A DNA stretch of 64,000 nucleotides, taken from IMG/VR virus record IMGVR_UViG_3300015360_000023, positions 32,001-96,000 of that record; one strand, 5' to 3'. Shown one piece after another: positions 38,630 through 48,211 of the stretch. This DNA comes from a virus. Its lineage: Duplodnaviria; Caudoviricetes. Made by a program: the position numbers and the translations under genes. The notes below the pieces were generated by a model. The model was not told the origin of the DNA, did not search any database, and worked only from the letters and a program-made list of their open reading frames with translations. The number at the start of each line of letters is the position of its first letter. Positions within the stretch are counted from its first letter, which is position 1.

Positions 38630-39136
38630 ATGAAGAATGTAGCTTATAAAACCGCAAAAGATATACCTAGTTTACCTGATGGATTTATTATAGAACACTT
38701 TGAAACAAATAAAGATTCTGAAGAAGGATATTTTGTAGTTTCAAAAGCCTCATTTAATCAATTAATAGCTAATAATGCTGTTCTAGTTAAGCAACAAGAT
38801 GAGGCTAAGGGAGTTGTGGTTGTACCTCAACTTGAACCTGATAATGATTCAGGTAATTCAAGTAGCTCTGGTAATACCAATTCTGGTAATGGTAATTCTG
38901 GTAATGGTAATGGTAGTGGTAGTGGTAGTGGTAGTGGTAGTGGTAGTGGTAGTGGTAGTGGTAATACTGATACCACTGAAAAAATCAGAAGACCTGATAG
39001 GCCTCCAGCTATTGCTAAACCTGTAATTACTAATAAAGTGGCACAGGCTATTGATCCGGATAAAAGGCCTGGAAAAGAGACTGATGATGAGTTGTTTAAG
39101 CAATTTTTAGCATGGAAAAAATCTCAAGGTGTATAA
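38630..39136 (+). CDS. Hypothetical protein with (GS)8 linker (168 aa)
   Basis: ORF with low-complexity G/S/N linker. Confidence 0.65.
   Translation: MKNVAYKTAKDIPSLPDGFIIEHFETNKDSEEGYFVVSKASFNQLIANNAVLVKQQDEAKGVVVVPQLEPDNDSGNSSSSGNTNSGNGNSGNGNGSGSGSGSGSGSGSGSGNTDTTEKIRRPDRPPAIAKPVITNKVAQAIDPDKRPGKETDDELFKQFLAWKKSQGV
38912..38959 (+). repeat. Perfect tandem repeat (GGTAGT)8 flanked by GGTAAT variants
   Basis: Read directly from sequence. Confidence 0.95.
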
Positions 39137-39141
39137 ACTAA

Positions 39142-39963
39142 ATGTCAACTAATAATTTCTTCAAATCTAACTTGATGGGTCTGCACAATTTTGTACAGGC
39201 ATCAATGCTGGTATTTCCAAAAGAAATTATCATTTCAACCTTAAGAGATTTTTTCTCCAAGGACGATTATTATCATTTTTCAAAAGATCAATGGGGCTTT
39301 GCTAACACAACAGATCACACTGATCTTCCACCGGGTGCCGATATCCCTACACAACATAATGCTAATGGAGCTAATCAAGAAGGATTATCTACTAGAATTT
39401 ATATAGGTGAGAATTATCGTAAAGATGGAATTTTTTATCCAGCCGTTTTAGTTAAAAGCGGAGGGTCTAAATCAGTTCCTATTTCAATAAATAGAGAACA
39501 AGAGAGTATTCAATACGAAGATATTATTTATGAAGATGGATATGGTAATGAAACAATTGTCCACAGACCTCACTCGTTTATAACGGCTGGAGTTTGGGAA
39601 GGTACGATTATTATTGATGTTATGTCTAGAAGCTTAAGGGCAAGAGATGATATCGCCGAAGCTATTGCAATGTGCTTTACAGAAGTAACATTTGAGACAA
39701 TTGAGGATATCGGAATCATAATTAAACCAATTAGTATTGGTGCTGCCAGCGAGGGAGATGATAGAAACGACAAGCTATTTAGGCAAACTCTCACATTAGA
39801 TATAAGAACCGAGTGGAGAAGAGAAATCCCAGTAGGTAACGTGATTGATGCTATTTTCTTCACTGTAACCTTTGAAGAACTATCAAGCCCTGGAACCCCT
39901 GTACCAGCTAATCTTACAGCTAATACTGATGTTAGCTTGTCAGATATGCTACTAAACATGTAA
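39142..39963 (+). CDS. Putative tail completion/terminator protein (273 aa)
   Basis: Directly upstream of sheath; YPAVLV...I.IDV.S.S...RDDIA...LTL.IRTEW pattern. Confidence 0.6.
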   Translation: MSTNNFFKSNLMGLHNFVQASMLVFPKEIIISTLRDFFSKDDYYHFSKDQWGFANTTDHTDLPPGADIPTQHNANGANQEGLSTRIYIGENYRKDGIFYPAVLVKSGGSKSVPISINREQESIQYEDIIYEDGYGNETIVHRPHSFITAGVWEGTIIIDVMSRSLRARDDIAEAIAMCFTEVTFETIEDIGIIIKPISIGAASEGDDRNDKLFRQTLTLDIRTEWRREIPVGNVIDAIFFTVTFEELSSPGTPVPANLTANTDVSLSDMLLNM

Positions 39964-40108
39964 AATAGAGAAGATTCGAAGCGGTTCTACAATTCGAAAA
40001 GTTTCAACCCCAGGTAAGACAATAAAATGTGCTAATATATCGCCAAGAATAGGAATATTAATACATTTTAATGATACAATCTACAAAACCGAGTGATAAG
40101 GATTCAAT

Positions 40109-43100
40109 ATGGCTAACATACCAGGCGCAACAAATGTCCTACCAGGAGTTTTTACTGACGTAATAACTCAATCACGTGGAGTATCCGTTCCTGGTGGTTC
40201 ACGTATAGCTGCAATGATCGGTGAAGGCTCTACCGACGAAACTATCGTTTCGCAAGCCCTTGGCGGCGGCCAAGATGGTTTAAATTCAAGTTATACCGGC
40301 ACTACTGGCCGAGACGGAAGACACTTCCAACTTGTTAATTTCCCATTAGTTTCTAACAGAGTTTCTATATTTAAGAATGGAATTCCACTTAATGGTCTTG
40401 AGTCTCTTATTGATTCTAATCCATTTAGCAGTAAATACGATTACAGAATTGATATTACTACAGGTAAACTGGAACTACAACGTGGTCATTTATTTGACCA
40501 AGGCGGTTCTTTCTGGACGGCTCTTTCTACTAACGTAGGTCAAGGCTCTCTTTCTAGCCTAACTTTGGTTGATGCCAATGCTCTTCCAGAGACCTGGACT
40601 GTTAGATGTGTCAAGGTTCAAAGAAACTCTCTTAATCAACCAATTGCAAACACTGCTTCCTTCCTAGCTTTCGGTTCCGTCTCCGGTTCTAAGTTAGATG
40701 CTAATGGCAATCCAATCATTTGGCTTGCTGACGGTACTGTTGTTTCTAACGGTGTTATTAGTTTCTCTATTACCGAGACCACTCCAGTCTTTAGAGAAGG
40801 TGATGCATTCACAGTTGTAATTGCTAGCGGAGTTCTATCAAGAAACGACTCTTTAACTGCAAATTATATTCCAGTCGCTATTTTGAATGACCCTCTTCTT
40901 GTTCAAGGTCTTGGTGACGTTGTCAGAAGGCACGGTCTTCCAAGCCTAAGCAACAATCTTGCTTTGGGCGCTCAATTAGCTTTCGCTAACCAGGCTCCAG
41001 CCTTGTTAACGGTTCAGGCTGCTCCTCCACTGCCAAGAAGAACCTCTTATCTATTAAACAGCGAAGTAAATGCTTTGGCTCTAGATACAGATGAGTTCAC
41101 TTTTCCGTTGCCATTCGGTGTTATTCCGGACCTTAACTCCAACATCCACTTCTTTGTTAGAAACAATGCAACTAACACTGAAACCCAAATTCTTCCTAAC
41201 AAGTTTGATTACTACCAATTAGATGAGTCCGGCCAACCAACTACTCAACAATTTATTTTTGATGACGTACCTGCTCCAGGCGGTCACTCCTACTTCTATA
41301 CTGTAAAAGAAAGCCTTGAGGCCCTTAATTATGGTGAAGATGGTTACATCGGTAGAAACTTAGCTTTCAACAATCAAGGTCTATTTAGCTCTGCTTCTAT
41401 TACTTTTGATTCCACTTACGTAGGAAAAGCTCTAAAGATTACTGAGTCTAATAACTCCGCTAACTTCGGTATCTTCAATGTTACCGCAGTTCAAAATGGT
41501 AAACTTTATGTCGTAGCCGATGATAGCATTTTCTCTCCATCTACTCTACAAGCTAATCCAGTTTACTTATCAGACTTCATTAACGTTGCAACTCCAACGG
41601 CCTCCTTCCGTGTAATTGATCCAGTTACTGGATTACCAGTCGGCGGTGGCGCAGGTACTGACGGTTACATCACCACTGTTGGTGCTACAACTGGTCAAGC
41701 AACTGTTAAGAGCGCTTCTGTTAATACTAACGCTATCGCAGGTATCTTAGGGTACAAGCTAGAGATTACTGGCCCAACTACTAACTTCACGGCAGCACAG
41801 CCAGTTGGTAACCTTGGCCTATATGATATTTCTGCTGCACCTACATTCACTGTAACTGGTGCAACAAATGCATCTCCAATTGAAATTACAACCAGCACTG
41901 CTCACGGTTTATCCTCTCAGGACACCGTAACCATCTCTGGTGTTGTTGGTAACACGGCAGCTAACGGAACTTTCCAGGTTGTCAGCACTGGTGCAAATAC
42001 ATTCACCTTAAATGGTTCAACGGGTAACTCTGCATATGTTTCTGGTGGAACTGTATATCCTCACAAGCTAACTATCACTAAGGCTATCGTTAACGAAAGT
42101 GATCTTGAATTCGAAGTTCTAGACCCAACACTTACGAGCAGCTATGTTGTTGTTAACCACAACGTAGTTCCAAACGGATATGGTCTAAGAGTAACTATCG
42201 TTGACTCTAGAGATGCAAGCTTCTACGATGCAGGCTGGATCAATGCCTTCGATGCTCTTGAAAAGGTCGAATGTGACATTCTGGTTCCGCTTCCAAAGCA
42301 AACTATCTCCATTATTTTCCAGACCGCTTTAGCTCACTGTATAACAATGAGCAATATCCGTAACAAGAAAGAAAGAGTCTTGTTCATGGGAGCAATTAGT
42401 GGTTTGACCCCTGACAACATCACTGGTGTTAAGCCGGCCGCTGTTGAAGACATCGGCGTCCTAGAAGGTATTCAAGGCGAAACCGTAACCGACATTCTTG
42501 CCGGTAACGTTGAAGACTTGGCTAACTACTCTGTTCCAGATGCCTTTGGTAACACCTTCAGAGCTGTATACTTCTATCCAGACCAGATTGTTGTTCAAGC
42601 TGGTTCTGACAATGTCTTGATTGACGGATTCTACCTAGCCGCAGCCGCTGCTGGATATGAGGCTGCCGACGTAAGACTTGAAAACCCACTTACAAAGAAG
42701 ATTCTAACCGGATTCACTATCCTTAGAAATAAGCAATTCTCTCCACAAACTCTTGAAGCCTTGGCTACAGCCGGTGTCACTACCTTGCAGCCAGTTGCAG
42801 GAGGCGGTCAGATCGTTTGGGGACGCACCACTACTCAGAGTGGATTCCCAGAAGAGCAAGAAATCTCAATTGTCTTTATCAGAGACAGGGTAGCCAAAAC
42901 CTTGAGAGCAGGATTCGAAGGTTTCATTGGAAACCCAGAATCAGTTAATACTGGTGCAATTTTGAATACTCGTGGTGTCATCTTGATGAACTCACTAGTA
43001 GCTCAAGGATTGATTACTCAGTATAAGGACTTATCTGTCATCAGAGATGATGTAGATCCAACTCAATGGAACATTACTGTTAGAGTTCAACCAACCTACC

Positions 43101-43144
43101 CAATTAACTTCATTTATATCAAGGTAAGTTTGGGACAACTATAA
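40109..43144 (+). CDS. Contractile tail sheath protein with inserted domains (1011 aa)
   Basis: PGVFTDV N-terminus; C-terminal EISIV.IRD.V...LR.....FIG...V.VQPTYPINFIYI sheath signature; AAGGA SD; motif AATAT-TAAT-ACATT at 40054-40067. Confidence 0.92.
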   Translation: MANIPGATNVLPGVFTDVITQSRGVSVPGGSRIAAMIGEGSTDETIVSQALGGGQDGLNSSYTGTTGRDGRHFQLVNFPLVSNRVSIFKNGIPLNGLESLIDSNPFSSKYDYRIDITTGKLELQRGHLFDQGGSFWTALSTNVGQGSLSSLTLVDANALPETWTVRCVKVQRNSLNQPIANTASFLAFGSVSGSKLDANGNPIIWLADGTVVSNGVISFSITETTPVFREGDAFTVVIASGVLSRNDSLTANYIPVAILNDPLLVQGLGDVVRRHGLPSLSNNLALGAQLAFANQAPALLTVQAAPPLPRRTSYLLNSEVNALALDTDEFTFPLPFGVIPDLNSNIHFFVRNNATNTETQILPNKFDYYQLDESGQPTTQQFIFDDVPAPGGHSYFYTVKESLEALNYGEDGYIGRNLAFNNQGLFSSASITFDSTYVGKALKITESNNSANFGIFNVTAVQNGKLYVVADDSIFSPSTLQANPVYLSDFINVATPTASFRVIDPVTGLPVGGGAGTDGYITTVGATTGQATVKSASVNTNAIAGILGYKLEITGPTTNFTAAQPVGNLGLYDISAAPTFTVTGATNASPIEITTSTAHGLSSQDTVTISGVVGNTAANGTFQVVSTGANTFTLNGSTGNSAYVSGGTVYPHKLTITKAIVNESDLEFEVLDPTLTSSYVVVNHNVVPNGYGLRVTIVDSRDASFYDAGWINAFDALEKVECDILVPLPKQTISIIFQTALAHCITMSNIRNKKERVLFMGAISGLTPDNITGVKPAAVEDIGVLEGIQGETVTDILAGNVEDLANYSVPDAFGNTFRAVYFYPDQIVVQAGSDNVLIDGFYLAAAAAGYEAADVRLENPLTKKILTGFTILRNKQFSPQTLEALATAGVTTLQPVAGGGQIVWGRTTTQSGFPEEQEISIVFIRDRVAKTLRAGFEGFIGNPESVNTGAILNTRGVILMNSLVAQGLITQYKDLSVIRDDVDPTQWNITVRVQPTYPINFIYIKVSLGQL

Positions 43145-43155
43145 GGACTAACTAA

Positions 43156-43869
43156 ATGACTACTGCACCAAATACAGGTTCTACTACATCAGTTAACGGA
43201 TCAGTTAACAAGACCAGTACGGCCATTTCTACTAACATCATTATCATGGTAAATAACACTGCTGTCGGTGCTATTCAGTCCATGGCTATCTCTGAGAAGA
43301 GAGGCATTAAGATGATTGATGAAGTTGGTACAGACGGTCATATTGATTCTGTTCCAAACGTTTCAACTAACATCTCTGGTACTTGCCAAAGAGTTAGATT
43401 TGACAGACTAAGAATTACCGAAGCTTTCAGCAGAGGATTCATTCACGTTGCATCTCAAGTTTATCCATTTGACATTGTCATCTTGGATAGACAAAAGAGA
43501 GCACAAGCTCTTCAAATTTCTACGGTTATCAAGAACGTATGGATCAACGGTATCGATTACACTTATCAAACCAGCGACTGGGTTATCACTGACTCTATGA
43601 CCTGGGAAGCAGAAAGCATCTTCAGCATTCTTAACGGTGGAACTTCTCCAAACTCTGGTGGTGTCCCTGTTGCAGTTGGTGGTGAAAGAGGCATTAGACA
43701 TATGGGTGGTGGCCTTAACGGTGACCGTACCATTATCAGCGGTAACGATGTTAGTGGCCAAGCTATTCAGAACATTGAACAACTTGTTGACACTGGATCT
43801 AGCGGTAGAAGAGGTTCTCTTGATGCAGCCGGTCTTATTGACATTGGCAGCTCTGGCGATCTATACTAA
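43156..43869 (+). CDS. Tail tube protein (237 aa)
   Basis: Follows sheath; VGAIQS..ISE.R....I.EVG...IKNVWI..IDY tube pattern. Confidence 0.85.
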   Translation: MTTAPNTGSTTSVNGSVNKTSTAISTNIIIMVNNTAVGAIQSMAISEKRGIKMIDEVGTDGHIDSVPNVSTNISGTCQRVRFDRLRITEAFSRGFIHVASQVYPFDIVILDRQKRAQALQISTVIKNVWINGIDYTYQTSDWVITDSMTWEAESIFSILNGGTSPNSGGVPVAVGGERGIRHMGGGLNGDRTIISGNDVSGQAIQNIEQLVDTGSSGRRGSLDAAGLIDIGSSGDLY

Positions 43870-43892
43870 TCTAACTCCCCTATAAACAAATA

Positions 43893-43936
43893 AACAGCCT
43901 GTTATTGATATATAATCAATAGCAGGTTTTGTTTTT
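43893..43936 (+). terminator. Hairpin terminator after tube gene
   Basis: CCTGTTATTGAT-ATATA-ATCAATAGCAGG stem followed by TTTTGTTTTT. Confidence 0.65.
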
Positions 43937-43946
43937 GGAGTTAAAT

Positions 43947-44618
43947 ATGCCTAAATTTGATAGTCCCATTGGTAGTAAAAGTTTTGCCGGTCAACAATTG
44001 AGGGAATTTGATATTCCAGAAGGTGGAATGCAATTTGGTAGCCCTCCAGCCGGTAATAATCCCGCTGGTCGTCTTGGTGGGTACGCCCCTCAAGTTGATG
44101 CTGCGCTCGAATTTCAAGAAAGAATGGAGCACGAAAGCAATCAAGAAGTAGCTGAAATGGAAAGATCCATTAAGGAGGCTCGTGATGCTCGTAGAAGCGG
44201 TAAAGTGCGTTTAAACGAGGGAGCCAGGCGCCGCATTGAGATGCTCGTGGGTATGAGTAGAAGCACGCGAGAATTTGAAATAGACGGCAACAAATACGCT
44301 ATGCAGACACTTAGTTCCAAGGAGATGAGGGTAGCTATTCTAGAAGCTTCGGCTTTTGATGGCTCTGTTCAATCTCCATTTGAAGTAAGAAGACAATTCC
44401 TTGCATATTCGCTTACCCAAGTAGCTGGACTAGATATTGTTCAGTTTGTAGGGTCTAATGATATGGACGCTAAATTAGAACTAATTGATAGTTTGGATGA
44501 GGCCTTATTAAATAGATTATACGATGAATACTTGATAATGGTAACTGAGGCTAGAGATAAATACTCTATTAAATCAGATGAAGATGTCAAGGAGGTAATG
44601 GAAGACCTAAAAAAATAA
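43947..44618 (+). CDS. Tail assembly chaperone (G-like)
   Basis: Between tube and tape measure; start moved to ATG43947 (GGAG SD); ends CTA AAA AAA TAA. Confidence 0.8.
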   Translation: MPKFDSPIGSKSFAGQQLREFDIPEGGMQFGSPPAGNNPAGRLGGYAPQVDAALEFQERMEHESNQEVAEMERSIKEARDARRSGKVRLNEGARRRIEMLVGMSRSTREFEIDGNKYAMQTLSSKEMRVAILEASAFDGSVQSPFEVRRQFLAYSLTQVAGLDIVQFVGSNDMDAKLELIDSLDEALLNRLYDEYLIMVTEARDKYSIKSDEDVKEVMEDLKK

Positions 44619-44986
44619 TATATGAACCGGAACATCGTTTCACCTGGTTCCTTTGTAAGAAGTACCAGAAACTGCCTGATGATCCATTCATAATTGATAT
44701 GGACCCGGTTCAAAGAGTCTGGCTCTTCAATAATTGGATAGCCGATCAAAATGATAATGCGGAACTTGCCAAGAATCACGCATATCTATTAGCATCCTTT
44801 TGGAATCCAGAGGCTGTCAAGCAGATATTGGGCGACAACAATGTTCACGAATCAACGGAAGAAGAATATGAAGAGTCTCTTGATATCGTAAGAAATCAAA
44901 GCCTTTCTCTACTGCCAGTGAAAGAAGCAACCCAGGAAGAACCACAAGTAAGAAGAAGACGCAGACCCCTAGCTACTAAGGCTTAA
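44609..44986 (+). CDS. Tail assembly chaperone GT extension via -1 programmed frameshift
   Basis: Slippery A AAA AAA at 44609-44615; -1 frame reads KKIIYEPEHRFTWFLCKKYQKLPDDPF and continues into ORF 44699-44986. Confidence 0.8.
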   Translation, partial: KKIIYEPEHRFTWFLCKKYQKLPDDPFIIDMDPVQRVWLFNNWIADQNDNAELAKNHAYLLASFWNPEAVKQILGDNNVHESTEEEYEESLDIVRNQSLSLLPVKEATQEEPQVRRRRRPLATKA

Positions 44987-44990
44987 ATCA

Positions 44991-47240
44991 ATGACAGAAC
45001 CTACAACACCAACAGTACCTGTCCCTACAGAAGAAGATATTGCTAAATCAAAATCTTATAATGAAGTTACTGCTAGATCTGTTCAAATTCTTGGCGCCTT
45101 TAATGGGGTAGGGAATGAAGCCAAAAATGTTATATCTGAATTTAATAACAGATTAGCTAAAGCGGCTGGAGCTTTTAAAGATCATCATTCTATGACGCAA
45201 GCGCAAACTGCCGCTTTTGGTATGTTAAGTTCTGCCATTATTGGTGCTAGAAAATCTTTTGATGGACTTGCTAATGTTGATACCACTGGATTAGAAACAT
45301 TTTCGAGCCAATGGAAAGATTTATCTGATATGGTAGATGGCTCGCCTCTTGGTAATGTAGCTTTAGACTCTATGAAGAAAATTGCTATGGGGTTGGGGAA
45401 AACCAAAGAAGAAGTTGGTAAAATGAGCCTCGCCGGTCTTAGTAAATTTGGAGCTTCATTTTTAGAGAGCGCTGATAATGGGCTTAGATTACAAAATGCT
45501 ATGGTTAACCTTGCTGCAAAAACTGGTAACCTAGATAACATTTTCAAAGCTGCCGGACCTAATCTAAACAATATCAATTCGCTTTTGCAGAATCAACAAA
45601 AGTCACTTACTGAAACAGCCGGAGCTACCGGATTAAATGCAAAAGCAGTTGAACAGTATTATTCTCAACTCGGAGCTGTACCCGGCGCCCTAGAAGCTAC
45701 TGTTAAAAGTAGTAATAATGCTAATGATAGTACTAGCATGTTAACTGCTAGTATCCAATTGGCAAAAGGCTCTGGAAGGGCTTATGCGGACGTTGTTGAT
45801 GATTTAAAAACGGCATTCGACAATTACAATTTAAAGGGAGAGGCGGCGCTTAAATTCACTGCCAGAATAAGTGAGCTTTCTAGTAAATTTGGTATCGAAC
45901 TATCTGAAGTTAAAGGTGCTTTGAGGAGCACTGCCGATATGTTTAAAATGTTTGGTAATGAATCTGAAGGTGCCGCTAAGATGATGAACAATTATCTTGG
46001 AGCATTAGAGAAGACTGGTATCAGTGGTAAGACAGCTCTCGATGTTATGAGCGGTATGACTCAAGGTATTAAAGGAATGACTCTAGCTCAAAAATCTTTC
46101 CTATCTGCTCAAACAGGAGGCCCCGGTGGATTAGTGGGCGGCTTCCAAATCGAAAAGATGATGCGTGAAGGTAAGATGGACGAAGTAATGGAAAAAGTCC
46201 GCACGCAGATGAAGAAGCAAATGGGTAACATCGTTACTTTAGACGATGCAGCTAAAAGCCCACAAGCAGCCGCCCAAATGACAAAGCAAATGGCTATTCT
46301 TCAGCAAGGCCCAATGGGTAAATTCGCTAAAGATGATCAATCTGCCATGAGAATTTTGGAAGCCTTTAAAGATAGAGAAAAAGGTGGTTCAGTTCAAGAT
46401 TTATCTAAGAGTATTGTCGAAGACAAAATGAAAGCTGGCGTAGACTTGCAAGAAAAATCGGTTACAGAACTTACCAAAATTAGAGAGTTGCTACAAGGTA
46501 ATCAGGGTTTTGCTAATATGGCTAATCTAACTACTGCTCAGCATGGATTTACGGCCGGAGTAGGTACAGCAATTACTGGTGGAGATTACAATAGAGAACA
46601 TAGACGCAATCTAAAGAAGAGTACGGCTAAGGCTACTCGTATGAGCGGCGATACAACTGGTCGTTTTGGAGATGGCACCAATAATATTGGAACTTGGGGC
46701 ATGGAGCAAGGCAAGAATTTCAAAGAAGTTTTTGATGAGTTAGGCCCAGCTTTAAAAGCACCTATTAATAAAATCAAAGAATTATTGAAATCAAAGAAGC
46801 CCGAAGATGCTCATAAAGAATATGAAAAATTCATGGCAGATATTGAGAAGAGAAAGAAAGAACTAAAGGATCAACCAGCTTTAGTTAGAGCGCAAGGATT
46901 ACAAAACATTGCACGTGATGAAGATGCAATGAAAGGCGCTTATGGAACATTAGCAACTACGGGTGGTGCTGCTGGCGATAAAAAGATGATGGCCCCGGAT
47001 ATGACTGTCTATCCTTCTGCCGTAGGTAGCTCCGCAGATGCTGTAAGCGTTGCCGCTAATAGAGCTGCTGCTTCTAAGAAGAGACAAGATGGTACTCCAC
47101 AGAGTGGGGCCACAGAAAGCAAGGACGCCCCGGCAGGGCAGAACATTACGGTTCATGTAGAAGGTATGTGTATAAATTGTGGCGAGAAGATGAGACATGG
47201 TAGCAACGGATCCTCGGTGGGATCTGGGATTGCCAAATAA
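44991..47240 (+). CDS. Tape measure protein (749 aa)
   Basis: Follows chaperones; long Ala/Gly/Lys-rich helical sequence. Confidence 0.8.
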   Translation: MTEPTTPTVPVPTEEDIAKSKSYNEVTARSVQILGAFNGVGNEAKNVISEFNNRLAKAAGAFKDHHSMTQAQTAAFGMLSSAIIGARKSFDGLANVDTTGLETFSSQWKDLSDMVDGSPLGNVALDSMKKIAMGLGKTKEEVGKMSLAGLSKFGASFLESADNGLRLQNAMVNLAAKTGNLDNIFKAAGPNLNNINSLLQNQQKSLTETAGATGLNAKAVEQYYSQLGAVPGALEATVKSSNNANDSTSMLTASIQLAKGSGRAYADVVDDLKTAFDNYNLKGEAALKFTARISELSSKFGIELSEVKGALRSTADMFKMFGNESEGAAKMMNNYLGALEKTGISGKTALDVMSGMTQGIKGMTLAQKSFLSAQTGGPGGLVGGFQIEKMMREGKMDEVMEKVRTQMKKQMGNIVTLDDAAKSPQAAAQMTKQMAILQQGPMGKFAKDDQSAMRILEAFKDREKGGSVQDLSKSIVEDKMKAGVDLQEKSVTELTKIRELLQGNQGFANMANLTTAQHGFTAGVGTAITGGDYNREHRRNLKKSTAKATRMSGDTTGRFGDGTNNIGTWGMEQGKNFKEVFDELGPALKAPINKIKELLKSKKPEDAHKEYEKFMADIEKRKKELKDQPALVRAQGLQNIARDEDAMKGAYGTLATTGGAAGDKKMMAPDMTVYPSAVGSSADAVSVAANRAAASKKRQDGTPQSGATESKDAPAGQNITVHVEGMCINCGEKMRHGSNGSSVGSGIAK

Positions 47241-47248
47241 GGAGCAAA

Positions 47249-48199
47249 ATGGGCTTTAATGATTTCGTAAAAGGGGTTGAGGGCCTTAATAATGCTCTCG
47301 ATCTAAATAGTAACAACAATCCACTTACTGGAAGCCAACAATCTAACTTTAAGTCGGACGGATTTTTGTTGCCAGCAACCTTTTCAGCGGATGGTAATGG
47401 CTTGCCTTATAATAAGGCTCCTAGCTATAAGTCTGGACAGATTAAACGTAATATCATTACTTGGTTCGTTCCTGAATTTGGTATCGTTAGAATGTTTATT
47501 AATCCTTCTTCTATAAGTTATAGTCATAAAAAATTAATCAGTAAAGATAGAACTAAGGGTGGATATACTCTACAATATTGGGGAGAGGATTTAACTACTC
47601 TTAGCATCTCTGGAACTACAGGAAGCTCTGGTGTTGAAGGCATTAACGTTTTATATGAAATTTATCGTGCGGAACAATATGCATTCGATGGGGTTGGTTT
47701 GACTCTAGCTGCAAACAATGCTTCAGCCGATCTAGCTAATAATTTAGTAACTGGCGCGGGTGGGGCCCTAGGCAAGGCCGTAGGCGGTTTGTTTGGAGCC
47801 AAGGACCAAGGAGCTGCTGCTGCAATGGGGGGCGGATTATTGGGAGGAATCTTGGGCGTTAGCTCACCTAACAATAACCTTTCAGCAAAGAATATCCCTT
47901 CTTTGGCCCAATTGGCCTTTACAGTTGAGATGTTTTACAATGGCTGGGTTTATCGTGGATTCTTTGATAATATGACTGTTAATGAAAGAGCTGACAACTT
48001 TTTGATGGAATACACCCTTTCATTCGTTGCTACTCAAAGAAGAGGTTATAGACTTAATTACTTCCCTTGGACGCACAGCGCTAAGGACGGTCCAAGTCAA
48101 TATACATCACCTAAGTCTTTTAAGCCCGAAGTTAGCAGCGGTCTCGTTCCATTCCCTCCTGGCAAGCCATTAATATCTGGTATAAAGAGTGAGTTTTAA
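47249..48199 (+). CDS. Tail tube initiator/baseplate protein (316 aa)
   Basis: M.INP.S..Y..K.......TKGGY..QYWGE.L..L.ISGTTG pattern; follows tape measure; AGGAG SD. Confidence 0.7.
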   Translation: MGFNDFVKGVEGLNNALDLNSNNNPLTGSQQSNFKSDGFLLPATFSADGNGLPYNKAPSYKSGQIKRNIITWFVPEFGIVRMFINPSSISYSHKKLISKDRTKGGYTLQYWGEDLTTLSISGTTGSSGVEGINVLYEIYRAEQYAFDGVGLTLAANNASADLANNLVTGAGGALGKAVGGLFGAKDQGAAAAMGGGLLGGILGVSSPNNNLSAKNIPSLAQLAFTVEMFYNGWVYRGFFDNMTVNERADNFLMEYTLSFVATQRRGYRLNYFPWTHSAKDGPSQYTSPKSFKPEVSSGLVPFPPGKPLISGIKSEF

Positions 48200-48211
48200 G
48201 TAAGGATAATA

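Noticed and set aside
38799-39103. Poly-Val and poly-Thr ORFs
   Set aside because: Alternative-frame readings of the GGTAGT repeat
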